A stretch of 63,135 nt of DNA, counting the filler, from Sphacelaria rigidula (Eukaryota), in the NCBI GenBank assembly GCA_964200075.2. It is 8 parts of 8 records of this genome, joined end to end, with 100 filler letters (N's around TTAATTAATTAA, not from the genome) between each part and the next. Parts side by side here need not be neighbours in the genome. Positions count along the whole stretch, not along the records: positions 23,716 to 31,520 come from CAXNAA020013402.1; positions 31,621 to 39,424 come from CAXNAA020013403.1; positions 39,525 to 47,328 come from CAXNAA020013404.1; 5 more parts are not named here. One strand, 5' to 3'. The position numbers and the translations under genes were made by a program. Below the pieces are notes generated by a model. The model saw only the letters and a list, made by a program, of their open reading frames with translations. It searched no databases and had not been told where the DNA came from. This document shows positions 24,247-45,760 of the stretch, piece by piece. Numbering within the stretch: position 1 is the stretch's first letter; every line of letters begins with the position of its first letter.

Positions 24247-26460
24247 CGGGCTTGGCACTTCGCTCATGAAATATGAACGACGTCAACCTGTCGAATGTGC
24301 ATTCCCTCGTCCTTTCATCCATTCATTCGCCCCGTCTTGGCATTGGCCTCATTTGCGGGTAGGGGAGATCAACCACGAACACACAGAATTAAATATTTGC
24401 TGTCACGGAGCGAAGGGAAAAAGTGCCCGCAGTTTTCTGATTGATCAGCTCGACAAACAATGGTTACTCGAAACAAACACATCTAAAAACACGCATACGT
24501 ACGCCTGGAATTGAACAACCTGCTTTCCTCAGCACACACAACACGGCACATTTGGACCGAGATAAACGCAAGCCATTTCCGCTCAAAGTCTCAGATCACT
24601 GCTGATTTCCTGCGCAAACTTATGCTCTTGTTCAAATTCTTCGCGCAGACGTGCACCCACAGGCTCCATCCGGTCACGCAGTGATAGTCTGTATGCCTGT
24701 TGTGCGAATTCTTCCTTATCCATCGGAGCGAACATGCATCCACCAGTGGGACTGTGGAATACCTACGCGAAAAGTGTGACCAAGAAAGCTTAGTACAGTA
24801 AACACAACTAGTATTAGTACTAGAGATAGATCAAGGAAACCCACGATGATGACCTGAAACATATGATCCGCTCCCCAGCAGGGATCCACCTACAACATGG
24901 ATACCAGACACAGGGGCATCACACCGCTTGGACATGACATATCACACTCGAAACTTTGTCTGCACAGCGACGGGGCCGGTTCGGGTTCTCCATCAGGCGA
25001 TCACTAGGAATGACTTCAGTGCGACTGCTCGACGCCAATTTCAACTCTTCATCCAACGACATCTCGTCGAAGCGCGTGCCGAAGGTAGCAGTCGACCCTG
25101 AAGAGGAAGATCAATAAATCATGTTCGATGCCCTGCACCGATTCGACTGTTCTGTTTCGTTTCTCGCCCTATAAGCGCACCTTCTTTTTACTCAAGGACT
25201 TGTTCTTAAGTGGGAGCTCTGTTGTCCTCCTCCAAGACCAAGTGTAGCACGCTGCTACCGCTTCTACATGACTTTCAACAACACAACAGTAACAGAAACA
25301 CAAAAATGTACTGCACACACGTCGACGACTTGTTTATGCCAGAATCCCACATCAAGTTTACACCAGTTTTCAACCACCGCACCCGGCACATGCAAGTAAG
25401 CGGACGGGGATGATACCAAATACACCAGGGTAATATAAAAGGGGTGCTGCAAAAACGATTCGCCAACGCTAGTAAAATGTTGCGGCTACTCGTGTTGCCA
25501 TTGCTATTCTACTTCGAACGGACTCGTCTCTACCATCATACTATCAACTACTTGACCAACCGCACGGGTGACGCAGTAAATATTTTACACCACGCCTCGC
25601 CAACACCCTAATAAAAGTCAACCACACGCGTTCCTTCGAGAGCCCCACCCGACTGTCTCTCCGGTATCACCTGCTTCCCTCATGATCCACCCTTTCCATC
25701 CCCCCGCACGCTATCTCCACCAAGACCCATTACTCTGTACATAACACAGCGGCAGCAATACCACACAGGTGAGGATTGCAACAGCGACAAGCAATGTATT
25801 TTCTTCACCGACTCCCAACCAAACAAAAATGTACTGCTCCAACACGGTAGACTGACCAAACGACGAGAAAAGTATGTACGCTCTACCGCAAGTCAAAGTA
25901 CACTATACAAGTGCCCTTAGCAACAGAACAAGTGACGTCAGTTTCCCATTTCACGCGACCCAAGGTTCCGAGCACCACAACGACTTCCCGCAGGGGTTTG
26001 AACGCACCCGAGACAAGATCGCTGTGTAATATGTAAAACACATCAGTGGGCCAACACCGAAAATTGCAAGTTACTTACTAGACTCACCAAAAGCGTCTGG
26101 CGTCAGACCGCTTGGTGGGACAGCACACCGAACAGCCCTGCACAACCCCTCTTACAAGACAACACCAGACAAAGTAGCACACAAATTATGCAACTCCACC
26201 ACACACCCGCACAACCAGACGTGAATGACTTCCTTCGGTAATAAAAAACAAGCGAACCGAGTCCCCACCTGCACCCCACCCTCTCGTGCGACTGGTGGCT
26301 TTCGCATTGACACAGCTTAAACCTCACGTTATGAAGTATTTTCACACTCAGAGCCCATGACACTAGGGGGGCACAACCTCAGCGCCGCATCAAATACGCC
26401 GCTCTCCCCATCTCAAGGGAGCGGCATGGCTTTTTTTAGCAATAGCGTTGCTGGACTTAC

Positions 26461-29400
26461 CGCCCTTCCCACCTCCCGACATTGCTCCATCCGCGGCCGC
26501 CCGTTGTCCCAGCGACTGGTTACCGTTGGGCAAAAACGCTGCGGATTGACCCGGCATTAAGAACTGCGAAGAAATGGGAGCTTGCGTCCGCGGCGAGTTT
26601 AACGACGGGGGCTCGTGTGCGAGATAAAAGGAATCTCCCGCAGAGTACAAGACTTCCCTTCCACTGCCTGTCTGTAACGCCGTATTGCCATCACTCTGTA
26701 GGTTGCCCCCAGCGGTCAAATCTCTGGAGTAGTCGACAGAATCATTGGCGAGCACTGATTCGCTGTACAGTACCCCGTTGTCACGGAGATGACTGTCGTC
26801 GAGGCCGGCGCTGGTCATCGATATCGGCAGTGAACTCGGCCCGTGGGCAGGGAAAGATGGCTCAGGATAAGTCGGTCCAACTCCACTTGGTGACCTTCGT
26901 TGCCGCTTTTCAGCGACATCCTGCGTAACAACTGTCACCGGAGCCGCATCGACCGTACCGCCTCCTCCGCTACAGGGAATCTTTCGGCTGAAGTTCTGCT
27001 GTGACAGAGGCAGCCCGTGACTCGACCACTCGGCTCCTGTAGATCCTCTGCTCTCAGCCCCCCCAATGACGACCGCCGACCTTTGTGACCCCTTCTGGAG
27101 AAATTGGGCATCACTACGCGGGCAGTTAGTGCTGTCGAGATGGGTTTTGTGAGTATGACTTCCACGATCGCGGCGGATGCTACGGGATCCGCCGCCCAGC
27201 ACTATCTGCAACGCCAGTCCCGGAGACATCGTCTCGTGTGTCGTCCCGCCGCTGAGGTCATTGATACCCGACGGTTTCGATCGTTTTCTTTTGCCCTCTT
27301 TGCCGTCACCCCCCCTGACACCAGCATGCCCTCCTGCGACGGTGCTACCGGGGTCAATCCCTCCGCTGACCTGGCAAACGTTTGCAAGTTGGTGTCTATC
27401 CTCGCGAGATGGCGGTGCTAGCGGGGACTGCCTAGCCCCACTGCCGCCGCCGTCGTGTGCATGTGGGTTAAACGAGCGATATTCGCCTTGCCCGTGCGCT
27501 GGCCGCAACGTCGAACTGGCGGAGGATGCTGACGACGGTCGGGATACACTGGACTGAGTAATGGTCTCACGAGCACTGTGCATTGCCTCGCTGAAAGCGG
27601 CATCCACTGCGAGTTGGGTCACTCTGTCGTAGTCCACACTTGACAAAGAGGCGCCGCCGGCGGCGTCATTCAATCCCTTCACCACGGGTGCCATTTCAGA
27701 CTTCCCCCTTCCTGTGCTGCCACCCTCATCCCCCGCGGCAGTCAGGTTCACCTGACCATGCGCATTGAACCTCACCGATCGTTCGCTATCTCCCGCCGCG
27801 GATGACACGGACGAAGGTGAAGGAGACACGCTGGTGCCACCGCCACCACCGCATTGTGTCCAATCTCCTTGACGCTGATGATCGTGTCGACTGTCGGCGT
27901 GAAGCGCCGCGGACGGTTGTGCTCGGCGCGACTGGGGTCCTGGCTGTGGTATGTGCTGCGGCACGTACCCAACGGACGTCATGCTGGAATCTTTGGGAGG
28001 CTGTTGCATTTCGGAAACCGGTGCAACACACGAATTGGCGCGTCGCGAATAAACCATTGGTCAACACAGGTTGGTGTGCAAAACAGTCTTCAACGTTTTG
28101 CACGACAAACAAGAATTAAAATTACAGTGGGGGTCACGGTTTAAGAGAGCTCAGTTCAAGAGAATTGCCGGTTCAAGAGAGGTCGAGAAAGCTTGGCACA
28201 CCCCTCTCTCAAACCGAATCCTGCTTTCTCTTAAACCGGACCCATTCTCTCAAACCGAACTCCATTTTCTCTTAAACCGGATCAACCCCCAACCCCCCGC
28301 TCTTTTACTGTACAATACTGTAGTCGGTAACCTCGGAACCTTCTGACGGTTGGGTCGTGGGTTTAAATCTCAGAGTGATCTGAGATTTTTTCTCACACCA
28401 TGCCCAACAGTGGAGAGCGACTATATCGTGGGTACACAAATTCGACTCGACGGGTCGACGAGGGAAAGGGACTGCTGAACCCCTCTCGCGATGAAAAATT
28501 AGAGTCAGGCACCGCAGAAGGAAGGCGAGGTACCAAAAAACAAATAAAAAAGAAAAAGCTCCTGTGTTGACCTTCCTCCTGTGTGACCCCGACTGGTGCG
28601 CCCACATCAGTAGACGACGGCGTCCAGAATAGAGGGGACGACAACACACACACACACACGGTAGCCCGAAAAGCAACATCTCAATACGTCCAGCAGTTGT
28701 AAAGAGCTTCAAGCTCCACTGGCTGCGAGCGTGATGCCGTGCGCGGCGGGTATTACAGTGTTTGAACAGCAGTATTACAGCAGAGAGGTGTAACATGGCG
28801 GGGGTATTGTGCAATCTTTTTAAGGCCAAGCTGGCTTGGATGAACGAGTTTGGATCAAGGAAAACAAAACAAATTTGCATGGTAGACTTCATGTAGCGTT
28901 GCAGAAGTTGCCGATGAGCGCATGTCATATGTCTATTGCTGGGCAATACGAGTGTAGGTACTTGAGTTTCACTGGTGGTGAGAGAATCACATGTACAGCA
29001 GTGCAGAGTACAGTACAGTATGTGTGGATTTCTGTATGTTTGCCTTATTCTGTTGTTGGCTCCCGAGATGTGACGTGTGTGTGGTGTGCATGTGTTGGGT
29101 TGGCCGCTCTGTTCAGGTGGTGTGAGGATAACTTCGATAACGCGGAATATATCGATTTCTTCACAACAAGGGGGGAACGTGCTGGATGTGGGTCTCGTAG
29201 CGCACAAAAATATTGTGTAAACGATATGAAATGCTCTTTAAACACTTTGATTCGGCACCACGGCACAAGCGACCCTTCATAGACTGTCAATAACCCATAT
29301 ATTTGGTTTTAGAGAGGTTTTCTCTTAAACCGACTGTTCGGTTCAAGAGAAAATCTCTCTAAAACCGATTTAGTAGAAGGTCGGGTTTAAGAGAGATTTT

Positions 29401-31196
29401 CTTGATCTTCCACACCCCTCTCCTAAACCGCGACCCCCACTGTAAATGAAGTGTTTGCGCATGGCACGAAATCGAGCCAGAACCTGTTACTACAGCTACA
29501 GGTACCGTACAGCGAGATCCCAATCGCTTTCCCTGTCCTTGAGAAAGCCGATCACTACGGCACACAGCTCGGCATATCTCACAGACAAAAACAGATGTTA
29601 ATACTACAGCATAGCCACAGTAACTTCTCTCACCTTTACTCGAAACCCACGAGCCCTACTTTTGACACCCCCGACCGTTGCCGCAGTGTGCGCCGTGCTC
29701 AGACCACCAGCCCCCTGCGCGCGCCGGTCTGTACCTCCATTCGACGCACAGTTGCTGCTACTGCTCCTCACTTGCCCGCGTGCGCCAGCTCCCGCCATAT
29801 TATGCCATACGCCCGGAGCGACTCTTGACGCCCCGGCGTTCTCAAGCGTTGTGCTGGAAGTCATACTGTCTCCCTGTCCGTATCTCGTGAATCCGTAGTC
29901 GATCCCGACGGCCTGCCCCAGCGGCGGAGGATACTGCGACCGCCGGGTTCCAATGGCGGCGGCGCCAGGGTCATCGGTCACGTCTGCTCCGCTCACCTCA
30001 CGTCGCGCGGAGGCGCCGCTGCTAGCAGCTGAGCTCCTCTCGTGGCCTCCATTAGTCATGTGTGGTGACACCGACGGTATAGCGTCCGGCGCCCCCGCGG
30101 TTATCTCAGAGAAATTTGGGTACACCGCGGCGGAAGAATTAGTAGTCGACCCGGCAGCAAGTCCGGCCGAAAAATCGACAGAACCTGGTGAGCTGCCACC
30201 GCTAGTGTTCCACGTGTGCAAGAAACTCTGGAACTCCTTTTGTTGCTGCGTCTTCTGCTGGCGGAATAACTGTTGCTGCATCTGCCGCTGCTCAGTGTGC
30301 TTCTGCTGCAGGTACTGGAGCAGGCCGAACTGTTCATGCTGCACGGGCTGCTGTTGAACTTGGTGAATTTCTCCACGTTGCTCGAGCAGAAGGTTTTGGT
30401 GCTGGTGAACCTGCGCCTGATGCAGCATCATTTGCTGCTGGTTCAGAATTCCCACATGCTGCTCTTGCTGTTTCCGCCACGCCTGGTTTGCAAGCTCTTG
30501 CTGATGACGCACAAACGACGATGTCTGCCCCCACTTCTTCGCCCCACTATCCGCTCCTGTGGCCCTCGACTTCGCTTTCTGGCGCATTACCGACGATCCC
30601 CACCCACTCTCATCACCACCACTGCCGTCAGTCGCAGTCACTGACCGTTGTCCCGGCTGTTTTTTCATCTTCACCTCAGATCCTCGCGGCCTGTCAGCGG
30701 CGGACACAGTACAGGGGGACAGCTGACGCGATACACTAGCAAGAAGGCTAGGCATTATATTGCCGCCGTCCCCGGCACGACCAGCACCGCCGGCGGGAGG
30801 ACCTCCGGCGGGAGTTGTCCTTGACACCGCAGCTGCCGCGGCCTCTATTTCCTTCGCTATCGAGGCAGCGGCCGCCGCCACGGCGCTCGCACCCATGGTC
30901 GCCGGGGTGCTCGGAGCACTCGGCACGACAGGAAGCGGGGCAACGACCCCTGTGCGAGTTGGATCGTCCATTGAACTCGGTGACGGCGTGTGCCGCGTAG
31001 ATTGTGTTCGTCTCGACTGCGGCGGCGTCGTGACATCCCGCTGATGTTGCTGATGATGGGTGTTCCTCATGGGAGTTTTGGGGCGCAGGGGTGACAACCG
31101 GGGAGCCGCCGCGGAGGGCGGTGGCATGGTGACTTCGTAGACCTTCGGCGAGTCCTCGTAGGGACCGCCGGTCATTTCTTCGGGTTTGAGGAATGC
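26461..31196 (-). CDS. Partial gene for a large low-complexity, Gln-rich, probably disordered protein (two internal exons)
   Basis: Exon 31196-29634 is 1563 nt (aaAG|GCA...AAG|GTGAGA, phase 0-0). Exon 28000-26461 is 1540 nt (caacAG|CCT...GCG|GTAAGT). The junction RARGFRVK|PPKDSS is in frame and both frames are stop-free for over 500 codons. No recognisable domain. Confidence 0.75.
28125..29442. mobile_element. Tc1/mariner (pogo/Tc1-type) non-autonomous element in an intron, with nested SINE
   Basis: TA|CAGTGGGGGTCACGGTTTAAGAGA pairs with TCTCCTAAACCGCGACCCCCACTG|TA. There are many subterminal TCTCTYAAACCG repeats. Confidence 0.88.
28320..28659 (+). mobile_element. tRNA-derived SINE copy with (CA)n tail
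   Basis: Homologous to 55923-56134, 56333-56470 and 36741-36940 (all minus). It has a degenerate tRNA-like head and ends GACAACACACACACACAC. Confidence 0.75.
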
Positions 31197-31777
31197 CTTT
31201 GCCGGGTAGATATACAGGCGTTTTACGGTGATCACAGGAACGAAAGGCACGGCGGGGAGAATGACAAGATATAATTCTGCCGGAACAGTAACGTTTGGAT
31301 TTTTTTATGAATCAAAGATGTGCAGCTTCTATTGTCCTCATCATTTTCCGACAGTGCGCGACTATAACTAGCCAAGCAACGGAACATTGTCAACGTACGG
31401 TGAGAACGTACACAACGACAAGAAAAACACGTCAGAATCGGAAGCTATCACGGTTAGGACAAATCATCACGACTCAAAATCACCAAATTCACGATTTCTT
31501 CTGCCTGATTGCCCGAAAGGNNNNNNNNNNNNNNNNNNNNNNNNNNNNNNNNNNNNNNNNNNNNTTAATTAATTAANNNNNNNNNNNNNNNNNNNNNNNN
31601 NNNNNNNNNNNNNNNNNNNNAAAAAAGCGAGAGAGACAAAGGGAGGGAGGGAGGGAGAGAGAGAGAGAGAGCTCTTCGACCTAAATCACACGTTTGGCGA
31701 ATTTGCCCCCCCTTCCCCTCCGTGCCCGCCCCCATCCCTCGCCTACAAAAATATTTCCAACAAAAAAAAACACTCAC

Positions 31778-39424
<7,647 letters not shown>

Positions 39425-39636
39425 NNNNNNNNNNNNNNNNNNNNNNNNNNNNNNNNNNNNNNNNNNNNTTAATTAATTAANNNNNNNNNNNNNNNNNNNN
39501 NNNNNNNNNNNNNNNNNNNNNNNNAGGAAGGGGTGTCAAAGGGCCAAACGGCTAAGGAAACCCCCAAATTGCCCCCCCCCCCCCCCCCCTCTCGATCCCC
39601 CAGGTGCTATGCTGAGAGCCTTTACCACGATCTCAC

Positions 39637-42600
39637 CTGACGTTGGCTCATCCAGCACAACAACTTCGCTCCCACCGATGAAGGCGAGGGCCACACTGAG
39701 TTTCCGCTTCTGCCCCCCGGATAAGGCCGAAGCAGGCGTGTGTCTCTTCTCCACCAGTCCCACCTCTGAAACCTGAAACGCGGTGATCGTACCGTGATCC
39801 ATACATCACACGTGTATGTTCTCGCATCAAATGAGTGTCGAGGAATAGGATGCCTCTTCACGTGGAGCATGACTATTGTGGCGCAAACAGGAGTGTATCA
39901 TATCCAAGGTTTGTCTTACGAGGTAATGTAACAAACATCATGGGTCCCACGTCGATTGGGTGAAGGGAACCCCCAATCGAACCAATAGGCACCAACCAGC
40001 TAGAGTGACGAAAGGACGCCCATGGGAACACAGAACAAAGCACACCACCCGTACAAGAGCAGGAGATGACCGTAGCTTCACGAAAGAAATGCTCGTACGG
40101 GATACGACAACCTACAATGAGCTCAAGAGTCAAAAGTACTCAGCCCGATAGCTAAGAATCTCTCGCCGGCTTCCCAATTTGATATACATCCATGTTGTTG
40201 GGTAAAAGCGCACGAACCATTTTCGCAGCTTCATCTCGGACGTCCTTCGACTTGACCCCCTTCACTGTGGCGAACAGCTCCAGGTGTTGCGTCACCGTCA
40301 GCTGGTCAAACAAAGTGTTCTGTTGGAAGCATACACCAAGTGATCGCCGGATGCCCACGAGATCTCGACTTAGCCTTCGCCCTCTGTCGCACACGTGCAG
40401 CAAGTCAACGGGTTGACACGGGGAAGGAGGTCATGTGAGGATTTAAGCGTTCCTCGAGATACCATACGTTAAACGTGTGTCCGTCAGTCCAACTGTTGTT
40501 ACAGATTTGCAACGGGTACACAGGCACGGTAAAACATGTTGAGATTTGTGCACCTGTCCAACGCGAACCTTGTAATAATCATGTGGGGGATGTGGGAGGG
40601 CATGTCGACACGGTCAATGTGAAACACTGACAAAAGATATGGTCTACGCTACAGATGTAGCGTTACACAACCACCACGTCAAACGAACATCCACGCGATT
40701 TCACCACGCCGTACTTGCTCATAAATCACATCCTACAACTGGATCTTGGTCAACAGAACATGGGAGAATCGCAAACCAAGGTTGCAGCTCATCTTAAGAT
40801 GTCGTTGCAAAGATTTACGGGAACTAACCTGACGTGAACCTCTCCTTGCGTGGGCGGTAAAGTGCCCGTGATCATCGAGATAGCCGTCGATTTCCCAGCT
40901 CCGTTGTGACCCAACAGCACAGATATTTGGCCTTCGAAAAGATCGAGGTTGAGACCTTTAACCGCCACCTTGCCATTGTCGTAGACCTGCGGCATTGATC
41001 GCGAACCCCGCATTGAATCAACATGGCACGACGGCGGTACGTCGACACGCTACTCTTGCACATAAGAATGAATCATCAGCACTTTGAGCCACTTAAATGC
41101 AGGTCGCAAACACAAGACATGCGTAAACCTCACGTGATTATGGCGATTAATTATGGCGATGTTGGAGAACATGACGCCAGGATGGAATGGCAAAATCAAA
41201 GCTTCGACCACACGATAGAAAGTCATCAGCGTTCAGAACCGACTACTCAGCATCAAATTCGGAACCAATTTGTATCCGAACCACTGCAATCCCTGGCAAG
41301 AGACGTATCTCAAATCCGGGAGCAGTATTCAGCCTGGAGCCCAGGTGACAAAATAGAACCGGAATCAGACGTTTGAGGGACGGGTACTCTGGCAGAATCT
41401 GCAAACGGAATATGGCATGTTGTGAAAGCAGCAGGTATTGCTTCAAAGTCAAATATATCGGTCGGTCAACCCCCTCGGTCGCTGGGCAACACTGCCGCAA
41501 GGAGAAGGAACCGCTAGGCGTGGCATCATGCACTGCTGAATCTCGGCTACGGCATTCCTTCTCTCTCACTCGGACGCCCTGCCCTCGCGTACCATCTGAT
41601 TTGTGTGGTGATCATTCAAATAGTGTCAACACACGCGCCAAGACTCAGACAGTTGCCAACCCACTTCCTCACAAGGAGTTCACCTTCATCAGGCCTCTTG
41701 TGCTGACCGTTTTGTCCTCCTGTACCTGTCTCGACAGTTGCGGGCCCACCGGCTCCACCTGTTGTGATTCAGACCGCGGCTGGATTATTCATGCCCATGA
41801 ATCGACGTAGATATATGATACGCAAAGCTGATGGCCCCAAGCTGAAGACATCACACTCGAAAACTGTCACAGCGTTCCTTGTCTAAGCAATGAACCAGGG
41901 TATCACCGTGGCATTCGATCACACCGAGGCGACGATTGGTGCGCCATGTTGACACCACACCTAAACGATCCACGACCGTATCCCAACGACTCAAAACGCA
42001 ACAGCAGCAATGGCGTTAACGCTTAGCCCGTGCATTCGCTTGTATAGCACGCAAACATACTGGCATACTACCATACGGTGCAGCAACGCACCCTAGGGTG
42101 TGCAGTGATCAAGCTATCACGTCAAAAGAAATGGTGTCCACACCTCGGCCCCCTTCTCTTGGTCATAGTCATGAACCTCATACAGGCCGCTCGACGCCTC
42201 CCGTGCTCGGGGCTCCATCAGCGGCATACCGAGGTCGTATTCAGATCTTTCACCGGAGGCGTTGTCTTGTCGCCTTTTGAACCTATTAGTAGCCACGTCG
42301 AACAGATCAACACCTTACATTTCGGCAGTAAACTGGCCGTAGACTGCAACGTTTCTACAGCAGACTGGCCGCAAGATTCGCAACGTGATGGTCTTTGACC
42401 GCGACGGCGCTGTACCATTGACATGTGGGAAGGAAGATTTCAGAATGATGGAGTACAACAACAGACACGTTGGGCACTATACTGACTCCCAAAATAAGAA
42501 CAACCGTCAAGGAGGATCGGGAGTGCAGCATGTCCGGAACATAGTGCGGCAGGTAAATGACGAGGGCGAACGACGACTCGAATTTATCCGTCGCCTCGAA

Positions 42601-45289
42601 CCGCACCAAACAAAATACGGAACACTCCTCCACCTACTGTGTTCGATGCCAATACCCAGCAACAACTCTACTGAAGATGTGAAACACACAGAAACTGATT
42701 GGCTATGCCGGAACCCTTGCCGAGTGACTAGCGGCTCAGCGCCCGAAAATGCGGGGAACAAAATGCACCGTAGTCAGCAACGAGAAGCTCTCAACGTTAC
42801 GTGAGTGAACGACCCGGTACTCCGATACTCTGAAAAAGACACAAAAGCGTTTCGTTCGCCTTCCTGAATTTTCAGTCGTACCCCAGGGGTTCTGTCCTTG
42901 TCTTGCGAACCTTGATGCTGGAAACTATACCCGTGAATGCTTGGTTCGACCGAGGCCCCATGACTCTGCTTGGTACACATCAAAACCAGAACGAAGGTCC
43001 CACGTACCTTCCTCTCGAAACGCTAACCCTTCCTTCCCAGTTTTCCACCGCAGCGCTGTCATCAAAGCCGCTGCTCGGCCTCGCTGTTGCTCGTTTCAGC
43101 CGCCGCTGCTGCAGCGCCCCCGCGACGTTTGTGATCGGAAAGTGCCACGGCAAAGGTGTGCCAAACTCTGATGGGATCACCTGTGGAAGAGTGGAAGGAG
43201 TCAGTCAGGGGATGTTCGAAATTGACGAACGTGATGCTGGACCACCCGCGTGTCACAAGTTGGTGAGCATGTGAAAATTAAGCAACACGATATCAGGCTA
43301 AGCATAGTACTCACTGTAGTCAGTAATTGGTTGATCCATGATTGGTGGTCGCCCTGGTGAATGCATCCAAGATTCCAAGACACCATGTCTGGCCAAGCGA
43401 TGAATGGGTTCAAGGTTTGAGAAACGTGATCCAAGACAGGCGCCACGCAATTTTTACATCCTATATTGGGACATGTAGCAACTTGATACGCCAATCGACG
43501 TGACACCACCGTGTAAATTACAAACCGTCATGGGGCCGTCTTCACTCGCTCGAAGAACACAATGTGCAAGTGCACAGTCTATCCGATAGGATTACGCTCA
43601 GTGCACATGAAAACGATCATCATACTGACACGTTTGTGTATGCGAGCAACACAGCACCCACGTACAGGACAGGCGCATGCAATCCTACATATTTTCACAG
43701 CACCAGATCCACCCCGAGAGGCTGTCAAAACACAAACCAACCAAACAGCCCCATGGGTTGCGCAACATAGCCGCCGGGAGAACGCGCAAGTGCAGAACGT
43801 CTAGACGTTAGTCTTTCGGTGATCCCGTCGATTGACACGGCCGGAGACATTCACAAGGGGGGGATTCGCCGCCGGACACTCAGGTGGGGGATAGGGGGTA
43901 TCTTGAGCAGGGATATTTTCAGCATGAACTATGGTGCAGCAAAATTGAGCAGAACAGCAACACTGTTGATCGTAATAAAGGTTGCTCGTCAGTTACCTTG
44001 TCCAAGTACCAGGCGAGCATGAGGTACACAACGGCATCAACCAACAGCATCACAATCGCCGTCACGTAGGGTATCCGATCCGCGTAGCTTTGGCCCGAAT
44101 TGGATACCTGTACTCCAACGAGACCTGCAGCAACGGGAGCATACAAGGGCGAAACAAATCCACTTTTGCGCTCAGAAGGGCTGGGGTCATGGAGTCTCAA
44201 CTCACTCACCCATGCAACTCTTCAATCGGCCGTTGGAGAAGGCGATGGTGCTATTTCTTGTCCTGCTCGACACGGCACGGCACGGCCTAAGGACACCACA
44301 AGCATGATGCAAGCCTGTACCGTGCACAAGGATCGAATAAAACTACGCCGCACTGGAAAATCCATCCCGTACTTTTGTGCCACGACGTGAAAAGCAACAT
44401 ACGAGTGATGCTGCGATAGGGTCTGCGCTTTCGCGGCCTGATTGGAAATCGGGATTTAGGCATGTCGAATCACCTTTGACCCTATCGCAGCATCGCTCAT
44501 ACGCAAGACCTATTGCAACGATTTGCTAAGTACAGCAACGTGAAAAACCCAGAGCTTCACTAGGGCATGACAGCCAAAGCGCTTGCAACCGCTGTGTAGG
44601 TCTGCCCAAAGGATACACGCAAATTACCCCCTATTCAGCACGCACGGGGAGCAGCTCCACCCCTTTGACCGCAACGACGTTGGTCGATGTGTTCGATCGA
44701 CATCATGTCTTCGTGGACAACGACGGCTTGACTACAGCGTAATTCGCCAGCGTCAGTTTCCCGCTACTGCCACCGTGACCGCAGCTGCATCCAAAACAAA
44801 CACAACTGTACGAGGAAGCATGGGTAAGCACATACCTCGAGACACACATTGACGAGGAGGAGCTCGAGACACAGATTTGTTGGGTTCCAGCTTGAAACGT
44901 CAAGTATTAGAAAGAGAGCTGAGGTAATGAGAGGCAAGGAATCTGGACGAGGGACGATTGTGGCCCACCACACGCTCGAGACGCATGACTCAAGAACGCT
45001 GTGCGCGTGCCTACATCCGTGGATGTTTCCCAAGTTGCCATAATGACAATGCGTGCGGCTGAGAAAACGCGAGAAAACGCCTACTGGCACATTTCGGTAC
45101 ACTTTGATCATCTCCATACCTCCCTCGAATGCGGCAAAAGTGTCTGCCCCTAACGCGACACAGGTAGGCACTAGCAGCGAAGTCCATGTCTTGGTGGCGA
45201 CCGTCGATATCATGTCTCCTCCCACGAAGTAATACGGTTGAAACGCGGCGAAAAAGATGACGCTTCCTAGGGTTGCCGCTGTCTTCGAC
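39637..45289 (-). CDS. ABCA: Partial gene: ABC transporter subfamily A (end of TMD1 and NBD1)
   Basis: Eight phase-compatible GT-AG exons: 45289-45120, 44124-43997, 43180-43008, 42282-42144, 41758-41684, 40986-40829, 40383-40218 and 39772-39637. Motifs are [30 protein letters not shown], Walker [12 protein letters not shown], signature [12 protein letters not shown] and Walker [11 protein letters not shown]. Confidence 0.96.
44400..44501 (-). ncRNA. Candidate intronic hairpin RNA (pre-miRNA-like)
   Basis: TACGAGTGATGCTGCGATAGGGTC pairs with GACCCTATCGCAGCATCGCTCATA (24 bp, 2 mismatches). It lies in ABCA intron 44125-45119. No expression evidence. Confidence 0.25.
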
Positions 45290-45589
45290 CTGTCCATTTT
45301 ACATCACAAGACGAATCATAACGAAATATCGCAGCGCGTCCTTTATTTGCCGGAGTCAAAGAAGCGGGAGCAACACGCGTTTCATGGGTAGCGGCTACGG
45401 TCCGTGCAGTGGACCCAACGAAGATCCTGTTTCAGTCGCAAAAGGGGCTTCAGTTTACGGGAATCGGCCCGACAAGGGATGAGACAAAGGATGCGACATA
45501 TCATTAGCGAGAGCAACAAGCGTTCGGTGGGAAAAAGTGGACGGGTGAGATTACTTGGCTCTTAACTCAGTCTCGGTTGGATTTTTTTT

Positions 45590-45760
45590 CCCCACGTCCT
45601 AGTCTACTATGTGGTTCTGTTTGACATTTTTCTGTTCCTTTTTTTCTTGAGTGAGTGTATCAGTTTTGCTTGTCTTGGGTACGTACGTCTATCATGCCAC
45701 CACGGCTGGACCCATAGGTGGTGAGTCAAAGTGCAACAATTAGTCAAACCAACCAATCAA
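45590..45760 (+). mobile_element. RTE LINE 3'-end fragment
   Basis: CACGTCCTAGTCTACTATGT...GGACCCATAGGTGGT...AAAGTGCAACAAT matches the reverse complement of 4575-4735. Confidence 0.85.

Noticed and set aside
42144-42282. Possible frameshift in the ABCA linker exon
   Set aside because: On recount the exon is 139 nt (phase 2 to 0) and open, so there is no evidence of pseudogenisation.
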